NCBI GenBank assembly: GCA_037447605.1
Contig: CM074819.1
Span: 310,001 to 374,000 of the forward strand
Source of the DNA: Zygnema circumcarinatum SAG 698-1b
Taxonomy: Eukaryota; Plantae; Zygnematophyceae
Reading direction: 5' to 3'
DNA: 64,000 nucleotides
Shown here: piece after piece, positions 24,990-36,146 of the stretch
How positions within the stretch are numbered: position 1 is the first letter of the stretch
Layout: every line of letters begins with the position of its first letter
Notes under the pieces: generated by a model
What the model was told of the DNA's origin: nothing
Databases searched by the model: none
Seen by the model: the letters and a program-made list of their open reading frames with translations, nothing else
Position numbers and translations under genes: made by a program

Positions 24990-25979
24990 ACCGTGATCGT
25001 GACACGTGACCGCGTCCGCCCTCGCGCGGGGACGCGCGCGTTGTAAGACCCAAAAACGGCCCAGCGGTGCGTCACGTCACGGCCCGCCTTGGGGCCGAGG
25101 ACAAGGGCAAAGGCAAGGGGCCGGCCGCCCTGCCGCCATTCGGGGGCCGGTTGTACTGTGGTTGCAACATTCGCCAATGACAAATCGCCACTCGGCAGAA
25201 TAGATCGAAAATGAATACGTGGCTGGCAGCCATTGGGTTTTTTCTAGATTACAAATAGCAACGGAAACCCTTCCTATAAACCTAAGTTTTGAATTGCAAA
25301 CCTCTCCCTCGCCCTCTCGTGAGATCAATGCCACTCACTCTCTCCCTCTTCCTCTCTCTCAGTTTCTATGCTTTCTCCTTACCTTAATCTAATGTTTTTA
25401 CCTTATGTGAGGGAGTTTACTGTTGCAATCAACATCGTGTTTCTTTCCTTTCTATGTCGAGTTGGCAGGAAACCTTGCCTTGCAAGTTCATGGAGTGTTG
25501 ACATTCAGGTCCAGGTTAAAATTCGTACAAGGGAGGGTGGGAGGGAGGGAAGAGAGGGGAGGCGGAGGCGGACGCGACCGTGGCGCCTCTAGGCATTGCG
25601 CGGCGGCTGTCGTACGGACGAAGGCTGAGCGCGCCGTCCTCTGCCCTCCGCCGGGCCCGCGCACTGCACGCGAGGGGCCGCGGGGCCCTCGTGGAGGCAT
25701 GGCATGGCATGGCGCGATGGAGGGAGGGGCTGCGAGAGCCTTTCGTGGCGACCGACCGAAAACTCCAATTCAGCGGCCCTCGTTCAAAACTTGAGCAACT
25801 CGCGCACACGTGAGCCCCCCTCCAGCAAGGCAAGGGGAGCCTCAAATCTCACTTAGGAAGGACTCCGTAATGACATATGATAGATAGATGGATAAAAAAT
25901 AATGAACTCTGGTTATAATGTAAAGAACAAAAAAATTCATGTAAGATTTGTAACCGAGTCCCCCTCCGCATGCTTTGAT

Positions 25980-28329
25980 TCAGTTTGAGCAGACAGGATT
26001 GGATCGCGGCACCACCACTGCCTCGCGCTGGATGCGCTCCTCCGCCCAGTTCTTCCCTGCAGGCGGCAGAAGTGCCCCGTCAGCCCACGCTCGCTGAAGG
26101 GGGACTAGCCCCCTGCTACAGTTAGCCTCTAATGACTGATTCGAGAAATGCACATAAAGAGAGGTCACAGCGCACACAACAACGTGATGTGAAGGTAAAC
26201 ATGACGAGAGTCATTATCACAGGCTTTCTGTCTCTCTCTTTCTTTCTCCCTCTCTTGCTCCCTCTACTACTCTTCCTCTGTGACCGATTCTCGTTCCCTG
26301 TCCTCCTCATTTTGCCTTTGGCCATCCTGCTTTTCGCAATTTTGCGCCCATTTCTGTCCACTCCCTCCCCACTCCACGGTTCTTTCTTCCAGTTTCCACT
26401 TTCTTTCATTGTCCCGTTCTATTTTTCAATCCTTCCGGCCCCAACATATAGCCCCTCCCATCTCTCTTCCGTTTCCCATTCCCTTTCTTTCCCCTCGTCA
26501 GCCTCTCCGGCCTCGTCCTGTCCATACCCCACCTCCGTCCCCCTCACACAGACTCCATTTCCTTCTCCCTAATCAATTTCAATCCATTCAAAACCCTCTC
26601 ATTGCCTTCCCCTCATCGATACACCTTCAACCTTCCTCTTCCCTCACCATCACTTTTTTTTGTCCTTGTCCTTCTCCTGCAGCCCTTCGACAAGATGCTT
26701 TCTTCGTTTCTCCATTCTAATATTTCTTTCCCTCTTCCCTCTTCCATCCATTCACCGTCCTTGTATTCTTTCCTTTTCTTGCTTTCTATTCAGTTCCCAT
26801 TCCCTCTTCCGTCCGTCCCTCCGTTTCCACCCACTAACTATTGCCCATTAAGTCTACCTTCCATCCCGCCCTTGTGCCACTGTCCACATTTCCTTCCATG
26901 TCTTCTCTATGCCATATGCAAAAGCCTTTTCCCTTTCCACTACTACCTTTCCTACCCCTCGTCCTTCAGGCTTCACCCTCTCCTGTCCAGCACTTTCTGT
27001 TCCATCTGTCATTCAAACATCATCAAAAGTTCAATCGTGTTGATTGCCACATACCGATTGGCAAGACTTGGATCGCATTGCAAAGACCATTGTCTCGTGA
27101 CCCTCTAAATTCAATTTCGAGTCGGGAGCCCTCGTTCACATCTGCTATCGCTGTTGGATATGTATACATAGTGTCTTTTCCAACAAGCTGTGCTAAATCG
27201 AGGTTCTCTAAAATTTTCCTTCCTTGCACTGAAACGTCGAACATCCTTTCTCCCGGTAAGAACCACGACTCGTGTCCGTACACTCTGACCAGGTACCTGC
27301 CGGGCCGGATCGGCAGACGGTACCCCCACAACGGGCCGCTTCTCTCTTGTCTGCAGAAGGGCCCGCAGTCGGTCTCAAAATCGTAGTAGTTAGAGTTGCC
27401 GAACAAAATCGATGGACCAAATGCGCGATCCCGCTGGTACGTGACCTCCACCGGCTTCTTTCCTTTGCACTCCAGCTCGGTAATGTCCGCAAGTCCTCCA
27501 CACAGCAGGCGATATGACGACGGTAACGCCGAGTCTGCGTGCCACGATGCGTGGAGCAGCATCGAATGAGAGCCCAAACCATAAAATCCTCCAAAGTGCA
27601 GGCCTTCAAATCCAGAACTCCTGTCTTCAAGCTCTCTTAATCAGCCCTCTGTTCTCCACGCTCCCATGCACTAAGCGAGCAGTGCTCATGGGGTCGACTG
27701 GTTGCCTCGATCTACATGAGCCTCACCCCATCTCGTTCATGTTCCATGGCCCTGGCTATGGTGGCAAATAAGAAAAAGCCGCTCGCAAAAAAACATATTC
27801 CCACGTACGCATCACTTTGCGATGGAAACTTTTTGAAAGGTAAGAGATCAATTATTTAGAAATCTCAAAGTCTTACTACATTAGTCTTGGACGTACAAAT
27901 TTTGAGGTTTTTTAGCTCTATCCACCTATCTGTATAATCACTCTCTGTTTTGAGAGAGACTATACAAGAAACCAGAAACCAGAACCATACATCAATGCAG
28001 CACCCATTCCAGCAAAGACAGCATCGATTCCGATATTGAAAATCCCAAACTACTTTCCCACTTACGCAATTCAGAGGCTCTCCAGAGGTTTCTGTGGGCG
28101 CTAGAGATGTGGGCCCCGCCCCGCCCCACGCCCGCACCTACCTACCTCGGCCGTCGTCGGGCGCGAACGCGGGCACGCGCACGGCCTCGCGCAGCAGCCG
28201 CAGCGCGAGGTACGCCAGACACGTGCCCGCCACCGCCAGCCGCACCGCGCCCCCGAGGCCCCCCCCCGGCTCCTCCGCGCGCTTCGCCCCGCCACCGCCG
28301 CTCTCCGCCACCGCCATCGCCATCGCCAT
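25980..28329 (-). CDS. Type II membrane malectin-only protein. Exons approx. 28329-28146, 27534-27055, 26056-25980
   Basis: TM: VRLAVAGTCLAYLALRLL. Malectin exon: WGYRLPIRPGRYLVRVYGHESWFLPGERMFDVSVQGRKILENLDL...GLCNAIQV. Phase-1 junctions; the 25-aa tail ends in TGA. Confidence 0.78.
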
Positions 28330-28683
28330 GCCCGCTCTCGCCCCGCCTCGCCTCGCTTCGCCTCGCCTCGCCTCGCCCGCTCGCCCGGCCGGGTGGGAAC
28401 GAGGGAGGGAGGGAGGGCCCGAGGGAGTCAGTCGAGGGGCGCTGCCTCCCTCGCGGCCGTGCCGTGGCCGGAAAGGCTTGGTCATGGCTTTAGTCATGAT
28501 TTTGTCCATAACTTTAGTCATGGTTTTGGTCATGCCCTCTCTCTGTCGTACTGTACGGCACATATTTCCGTACGTAGCCGGGCCCCGGGGGGCGGGGCCG
28601 GGGGGGGCCGGGGAAGGGGGGGCGGGGTGGGGAGCCGGGGGAGGCGGAGGGAGGGAGAGCCATTGGGAGAGGGGAGAGGAGCT

Positions 28684-31600
28684 ATGGCAACCTCCGCGGA
28701 GGAGCGGGCGCGGGCGGGGGCGGGGGAAGGAGGGCGCGGGCCCGTGTGGGCCGCTGCGGGGGGCGTGGCCGTGGGCGTGCTCTGCGCGCTCCTCCTGCAC
28801 AGCCTCGCCTCGCCGCCGCCCCCACGTGCGAACAGCGTCCCAGAGGCCGTGGCGGCCATGGACGAACTGCGGCAGGAGGTTTGGCGTGCGCTCAGGCTCG
28901 CCCGAAAGGAGGAGGCTGTTCTGACCCGCGCGTTGCAGGTGCGCTCGCTCTCAACCTCTGTGGCTTGAGCGTGCGTTTCTCGGGCACGTTAAGTTCTGCA
29001 TGCAGCTGTTTCTCGCCCGTGCTCGGGTGTGAGCGTGGAGGAGGTCATAGGACACAGCAAGCAACAGCCTTTGCGGCATGCGCTGAGTGTCCTTCGCGTT
29101 GGCGTCGTTCGGCGGCGGTTCGTCGTTCGGCATCTCGGTCCGCTCATGAGGGCATGGGGGTTATGAAGCATATTTTTCGGTCAGGTCGAATGACGTCTGA
29201 GCTCGTCACGGGTTCACGATTATTGAGGTCACCCACTTGAGAAGTAAGGCGGAGCAGCATTGCATCCGTTGGATACGCGGATCACTACAGTAATTCCTGT
29301 TGCAGGAATCGTGGAAACCGGTCGAGCAGGTCTCACTGGCTATGTTGGACTAAAATTTGAGGAAAGCAGGGACTTGCTTACAAGGAAACATATCAGTCAA
29401 CCCACGATGCGCAGGTTGGGCAGTAAACTCCGAGCGCCAAAATTCAGGGGTCTTGTTTGTTGGGCATGCTAAATGACGCGTGCATGCGTGAAAAACAAGT
29501 GCATTCAGCGAGAACAGAATTCCGGCAGCCTTGTCTCGGGCCACAATGCTGCAGATTCGATTCTTTCCCAGTCTTGACCTGCCTGACATCGCGGCACCCA
29601 AGATGGGCTGCAGGCTGCTTCGCGCGGGCGGCGACAAGTGGCAGACGCGCGGCTCGTGTCGCGGGAGGCGGTCGGCCCTGGAGGGGCGGCGAGCTGGCAG
29701 GACGCGGTGGCGCGCGCAGCCGCGGGGCAGCAGAAGGAGCGAATCGCGCGCTGCCAGACGCTGCGCATGCGATGCGCCACTCTCGAGGCCATGCATTGGA
29801 AAGGTATGGCTGTTCAGCATGTAGAAAATGAGAGGACATGTCTGCGTTTCACGAAATAATGCTGTAGAGGCAGAATGAGTATCAGAAAAATGGACTATAC
29901 GATGGGCCCATTGAAAATCACTGTCATTGTCTGTGATTTAAACCGGTACTCCGAATTAAGCTTCTGTCCGTTTATCTAAAGTTAAGGAACCAGATGATTT
30001 CTTGTTTCTTGTCACAAGGGCCTATACTTGTAGGCATGGATTTAGCCAAGGAAATGCTTTGGTGACTTGCCCCTTCACTCAGAAGCACTTCCGTAAACAC
30101 CATAAGTATGTCCATGATCACAAGATTGTTCTCTAGCTTGCACACTGTCTCGAAGGTGGTTGGTCAAGGTTTCGTCTTGTTTATGTTTCGTCGTGCTCAC
30201 CCCTGTTCACAGCAAGTCATACGCGAGTGTAAGAACTAGAGTTACAGGAGGGAGCAGGTGCTGAGAGGCATGACCGGGCATGGCCCTGTTTGTGACCTGA
30301 GTCGCGGGAAGGAGGGGTGCATGAAGGCCAGCCCGGCTGCGGGCGAGGCCTCGGGGGGAGGCCCCACTCGCTGCCGGCCCTGCGGGCCGTTCCTGCCACA
30401 CGCCCTCACCAGGTGGGCGGGCCTCTCTAAAGCTAATTCAAAAATTGGGACGATGACTTCATTTTAAATGTCAGTCTTAAAGATATGATTTCAGCATTTG
30501 CCAGACGCTTGGCCAATGGTTGGCTGTGGTACTGGCTTCGCAACTGGCTATTGGTACTGGTTCAGTTATTTAACTGTGTTTGAAGTGAAACTAACTGACT
30601 CTTGTTCGTGCTCAAATCCGAGGGGCTTGTACATCATGCGTTCTCACCATTACTTCGACAGTCCTTGGTCATTTGGAGGGTCGAACTACGCTGCATGATT
30701 ACATCTGTTTTTGCAAAACCGCGTATCATATGAACAAAGCAAGCCAGAGCAATTTTTTTTTTGTACTCGCTTGCTGCGGATTGACAATGTCCTTTCCTGG
30801 AATACCTGCAGACTCTCAAGATGACTCTCAATACGATTGGAGCATCCATGAGACTAAAGTAGAAAGCTGGAGTGATGATTTTGTCCGCGTCCTTGAGCCT
30901 TTGGAGAGGCCAAGCTGCAATTGGACGCATGACGAGGCCCTCCTCGCTCGGTCCGTCCTCGCCTGCACGAAGAGTCTCTGGACCACCTGCCGGATTGAGG
31001 TGCGCCCCTACGGAGTCGCCCTCGGGAGGGAGTGCCGCTACCTCCTCAAGCAGCAGCCGAAGGGGCGCGCGCGGAGGGACCCGGGGCTGCTGGCACACCC
31101 CCGCGTGTGGAAGCGCCACCTGGACCACTACCGCGACAGCGCCACGCTCAGCCTCCTCGTGCAGTACTTCCGCCAGCCCGACTTGGCGCCCCACATTGTG
31201 CGCCGACTGTACGACTGCACCAAGGGCAGCCTCGCTCGGGGCCAGGTGGTGGGTGTAACCACGGAAATGCTGGTGCATGTAGACGAGCCTTCCGCTGCTG
31301 CCATGTGGCATCAGCTCTGGAAGGAGACCAGGGAGGGAAACTTTCTTACTCTGGTGTTCTCCCATAATCTTGGAGAGGTGAGGGGGTATAATCGCCTCGC
31401 ACAGATTGCGAGAGGAGGCATCATAATGCTTCTGCAAGACGATGAAGAGCCGCCGGAGACGTGCGCGACGTGGCTCCCACGGGCACTCACTATGTTCGAT
31501 GCATGGCCCAAACTCGGAGTGATCGGTATGAGGTACTCCAATCTTCATGGAGGGAGTGATGGGTCTACAACTCTACACGGGTCAGTCTACTACTACAAGC

Positions 31601-32019
31601 ATCCCACCTGGCCAGAACAGATGTCGCTGTATGACACTCACACCAATGTTCGTATGCTCTTTGCGACGTATGTGGACTCGTCGCCCATGCTATACAGGCG
31701 GTGGCTGTATTGGGACTTGGGCGGGCAGGATGAGGGGGCTATGGGTGGAAAGGCCGACAGTGGAATTTTTACAGATTGGGATATGGCCCTTAGAGTATGG
31801 CTGGCGGGGTACTTCGTGGCGCATCCGGCGATGAACGAGACGGACCTGTTCAGGAATCCGCCGGGGGTGGAGGGCACCACGCACAGGGTCGGGCGGGGAG
31901 GCTTCACGCGCCGCGTCGGCTCGTGGCTCAACGACCGCTTTCGGATCGAGCTGGCGAGGGTGTTCGAAGAGGTCAAGCGAGCGAACGGATTCTTACGGGG
32001 CATTGACCCGTGGCAGTAA
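28684..32019 (+). CDS. GT2-B: paralog of GT2-A. Exons approx. 28684-28938, 29614-29803, (possible extra small exons 29.9-30.6 kb), 30812-32019
   Basis: TM: VWAAAGGVAVGVLCALLL. Catalytic exon: LSLLVQYFRQPDL, EVRGYNRLAQIARGGIIMLLQDDEEPP, GGQDEG, DWDMALRVWLAGY. The stem exon WQDAVARAAA..ERIAR matches WRAAVDASA..ERMAK in GT2-A. Confidence 0.85.
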
Positions 32020-32686
32020 CGCGACCCTTCTTGTTTCATAGGCACTCACTGCTGTCTGCACTCGTCCGGGGTTGCTCGATGCCGTGCCGGTCGCAAGATG
32101 CTGCCGATGATGGCCTGAGACAAAGCGTTTTCGCCAGTCGGATTGACCGCTGAGAAGCGAAAGCATGCATACGCAACTAACTAGGAAGCTGTTGTCTTAG
32201 CTGTTACCTTCACCATGGCAGGCGTTCTGCTGTTTCTGCGTCTCTTGCCGCCTCTCTCTGCGCTTGAACGCTGGAGGGAATACGGCAGCAGACAGCTCTT
32301 TAGGCGGGACCGGGCCTTCTGTCAGCGGACCTTTGCCTCGGGCCCAAAACGAATCCTTGACTTCTTCAAGACCCAACGAAAAGAACACTTTGTGGGGAAA
32401 ATGACCCGACGAAATGAATGTTGTGACTAAGATGGAGAGCGACAGAGGGGGGTGGTTGATTTTTCCTCTGCTTGGGTTGCCATCCTGAGGACGGTTGACC
32501 ACTCTCGCTCAAAAATACAGTGGGGTTGACCACTCGCTCAAAAGTACAATTGGGTGTCTGATCTGGCTTGAACATGACGAGAACATTTATCCACGCACCA
32601 AGTTCCAATACCAATGAGATTGAATTACCACCTGCCTTGAGCATGACGGAAACAATTTCAAGGACTGAGATCCAATACCGATGCAC

Positions 32687-33170
32687 TAGGGGGTGTCAGA
32701 CTTAAAAAATTCTCGTAATACTAAAAATTCGATATTCGTAACATTTCGAGTCAACGTTAGTAAAACTAAAATTCTCGAGCGTAGTTTTTCGCACTCGCGG
32801 CGCGGGGCCCTCAGACTTAGAAACAGCGCCGGCGCGGCGCGCGGAGACCGCTTGTCGTTGTGTCGTGTTGCGCGTCACGCCGGGAAAACAACCATGACGT
32901 CACGTTGACGCGATTTTCGCCAGTATTTTCTTCGCACGTCCATTTCGGCGCCTCTTTTGGGTGCGAACAAAATCGTGCGAAGAAGTGCCCTTTTTAGTAA
33001 ACCCCACGGGTCAATCTTCGCAACGTTGACCCGTTGACTTAGCACAGTTGACTTCCGTTCGGTTCGGTTTAGGTTCGGGGGCGCGATGATTTTTAGTACT
33101 TAGTAACCTCGATTCTCGTAATACTAAAAACTCGATATTCGTAACATTTTGTTATGTCTGACACCCCCTA
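32687..33170. mobile_element. 484-bp non-autonomous hAT-like TIR element
   Basis: Perfect 15-bp TIRs TAGGGGGTGTCAGAC / GTCTGACACCCCCTA. A 37-bp subterminal direct repeat occurs near both ends. No 8-bp TSD (CGATGCAC vs CTTGAAAT). Confidence 0.8.
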
Positions 33171-33328
33171 CTTGAAATACCTGCCTGGAACATGAAGAAA
33201 TTGATTCATTCAAGGACTGAATGCGAAACAAAAGTTGGACACAGCACAAAGCCCACCCATGTGCTCGAGGTGCTCGACAGCCTCCCTCGCAGCAGCAGCA
33301 GCAGCGGCGGGCGGGCGGGCGGGCGGAG

Positions 33329-35488
33329 ATGGAGGGGATGCGGCCGCCTGCGGGCGCGGGCAAGGGCCGGCCCACGGCGGAGGGCGAGGGCGCGGTCAGA
33401 GATCGCCGCCATGGCGCCGCGCGCCTCGCTGTGGTCGCCTCCCTCCTCGCCGTCTACGTCGCCTTTACTGTCCTGGATTTTGAGAGCCAAGGACATATGG
33501 AGCCGAATGTTCGCCATCTTGAATCGCGACTATGGGACAGGTATTTGCATTGGGCACCTCACCACCTGTCTGTAGAAAGTTATGCGAGGAAGAAATCACG
33601 TGCTTCTCTTGCCTGTTTGTCAAAAAATGGGGGGAGGATGAACTATTTCGCTTCTGCTATATGAGTCATGGAAATTCTTTTTGTAAAACTTTGTAGGTCC
33701 CCTGACTGTCCCTCGCGACTATGCCAATTAATTTTTACTAATGATTAATTATTTTTAATCTGTGATCTTTGGTGGTTTTTCGGCTAAGGGAAGCCTGTAG
33801 ACAATGGTCTCAGTTGGGATGAAACTGAACGGTTGGTGCGGCAGACCCATTGAGGATCGACCAAATTTGTTCTACTTTAGAGGCAACCTCGGGTTCCGCT
33901 ATTTCCATGGGAGGCCAGAGGAGAGGTAGGAGGAATGCGAGTGTTTTCAAACCTCTCATTTTTAATTCTTGCCTCTCTATTTTAATCCTAACTGACGGCA
34001 GACCTCGCAAATCCTTATCCTTCAGTTGTGGCTAGACATTTAGGCTGGACCCTCTGCCTTACTTTGTTGCCTCTGCTCCTGTGTTTGGACTTCTTTCATA
34101 AGGCGGAATTTGAATGAAGCCTTCGATTTCTGCTGGTCGGCAGGTACAGCATGGGCACTCGGCAGAAGGTGGTGAGGCTGTTTGGCTCCTCCCCTGACTG
34201 ACGTGGACAACAAGCTTGGCGACCTCCACGAAGAGGGCGTGATTGTGACAAGCGGCCAACATGGGGACTACCGCAAAGGAGTACACCCTTGACTCGACCG
34301 CGCCTACTTCTTTGCCATGCCGTATGAACCTAAATCCTATTGGCCTGACCGGACCTTGTAGCGCCTTATCACAGTACACAGTGCTCTTAAGACGGCGCTG
34401 CGGTGGGGAGGGGGGGGGGACAGCTGTCCCAGTCGCGCTTTTGTTGGGTGTTTCCTGGCGACGGGTTTAGCGCGCGCATGGAAGACAGCGTCCTGCACGG
34501 CTGCATCCCTGTCATCATTCAGAATGGAATCCAACTGTCGTATGAGAATGTTCGTGACTACAGGGACGTCTCCGTTCGTGTCGCTGAGGATGATATTCCC
34601 AACATGGTGAACTTCCTTAAGGTTTGTCAATCACCAGCTGCTCATCTCTTGTGTCCAGTCCAGATTACATTGCTCTCCCACCACTCTTCACGTTAATTGA
34701 AATTAGATAGTCGATTTTTGTTGTAGTTTTTTGCCCTTGTGGACTGGTCTATTCTGGGCTTAAAGACTGCTTAATTTCATAACTCTGACCGGTATCATGG
34801 CTAATGGTGTTGCAGGCCATTCCTGAAGAGCAAGTGCGTAGAATGCAGGCCACAATACAAGGCCTCTGGCAGCGGGTGGACGCACACCTCAGTCCTGCGG
34901 GCGGATGCGCAGAGGCAGCGGCAGTGGCACGGCCTCAGCGCCGACTGGCGTCCCGCCACGTCAGCGCCTGCCACATCAGCACCTGCCACATCAGCACCTG
35001 CCACGTCAGCGCCTGCCGCGGAGACGATGCCATCGCCACGCTCCTTGAGGTGCTCCTCCACACAGGGGAAGAGGGGGGGGGGGGTTTACCCGAAACTGTC
35101 AGCGAGCAGTGCGTGGGTCCTGTTGTAACTGTACACTATGTCAGCCAGCCTGCAACAATACTTCCCAGTGGCGTCTGCGGTTCTTTTTGTGCCAAACAGC
35201 GCAAGCGATGCGACTGCAGTTCTGCTCAACGGTTGTTGGTCGTCTGCCAAGCGTTTAGCAAAAGCGTCGTACAGCGTGCCATGCTTCGTTGTGTCATTGG
35301 TGGGGGGGGGGGCGGCCGGCGGCCTTTGCGAGGCTTGCAGAGGGCTCATCCGGGCTTTGGGAGGGTCTCAGATTCTGCATCACAAGCTGCACAACGACCC
35401 GCGGAGGCGGGACGCGGTGTTCGCTCGCAGAAGTGCAGCGGAGTATGGAGTGCCTGAGAAGTGCTTGCAGGCCAGCCAGAAGGGCTGA
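33329..35488 (+). pseudogene. Exostosin/GT47 gene (At3g57630-like), N-terminally truncated and frameshifted
   Basis: TM first exon, then RPNLFYFRGNLG, YSMGTRQK, FCWVFPGDGFSARMEDSVLHGCIPVIIQ, VAEDDIPN and ILHHKLHNDP. A TGAC duplication at 34195-34202 creates a stop. Further apparent frame changes near 34880-35020. The first half of the GT47 domain is not found. Confidence 0.75.
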
Positions 35489-35715
35489 CATGGCCGGGCG
35501 GTGCTGCTGTTCATGTACTTACTCCTTGGGAGACTGTGTTGCCATATGTTATTCTGTCACCTTTTGTTCCTGGAATGGGGGTTGTCGTGTATGGCTCTCG
35601 GTGCGAACGTTTCGTTGAGACACGAACACGGACCAGTGAGGGGCAGTTCCGGCGGCGGCACCCCCCAGGCAGGGGAGGGAGAGGCTGCATGCATTCCCCT
35701 TGCAGGCGGGCGGAC

Positions 35716-35822
35716 AGTTTCTGTCTCTGTCTGTCTGTCTGTCTGCCTGTCTGTCCCTGTCTGTCTGTTCGTCTGTCTGTCTGTCTGTCTGTCTGTCGGT
35801 CGGTCGGTCGGTCGGTCGGTCC
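35716..35822. repeat. (CTGT)n-(CGGT)n compound microsatellite upstream of the first kinase
   Basis: Direct reading. Confidence 0.9.
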
Positions 35823-36146
35823 GTCGCAGTCGGCCAGCTCGCCTTCGCGGCTCGTGCCAACCGCCGTGCGGTGAACCGTGCGGTGTACCATGCGGCGAAC
35901 CGCGCGGCGCGGCGACGCGGTCGTCCGAATTCTCCGGCGGGCCTCGGCCCCGGGCAGGCGCACTCACGCACACGTGCGGCGCGGCGCCGCGATTGGGCGG
36001 GCGGCCGGCCGGACCCGCGGAGAAAGCCGTTGACTCGGGTCCTGAGCCGTACGGTTTTGATAAGAATCAATGCCCCGCCCCCGCCCCGCCCCGCCGCGCC
36101 TCGCCCGCTCGAGGAGGGAGGGAGCGCGGGAGGGAGCGCGGCGGCC

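Noticed and set aside
25006-25845. GC-rich islands with short ORFs between the malectin-only and GT90 genes
   Set aside because: No good ATG, homology or splice support. A tiny gene or relic cannot be excluded.
29870-30540. Chain of three possible in-phase extra exons in GT2-B
   Set aside because: Phase-compatible but absent from the paralog and not required; needs cDNA.
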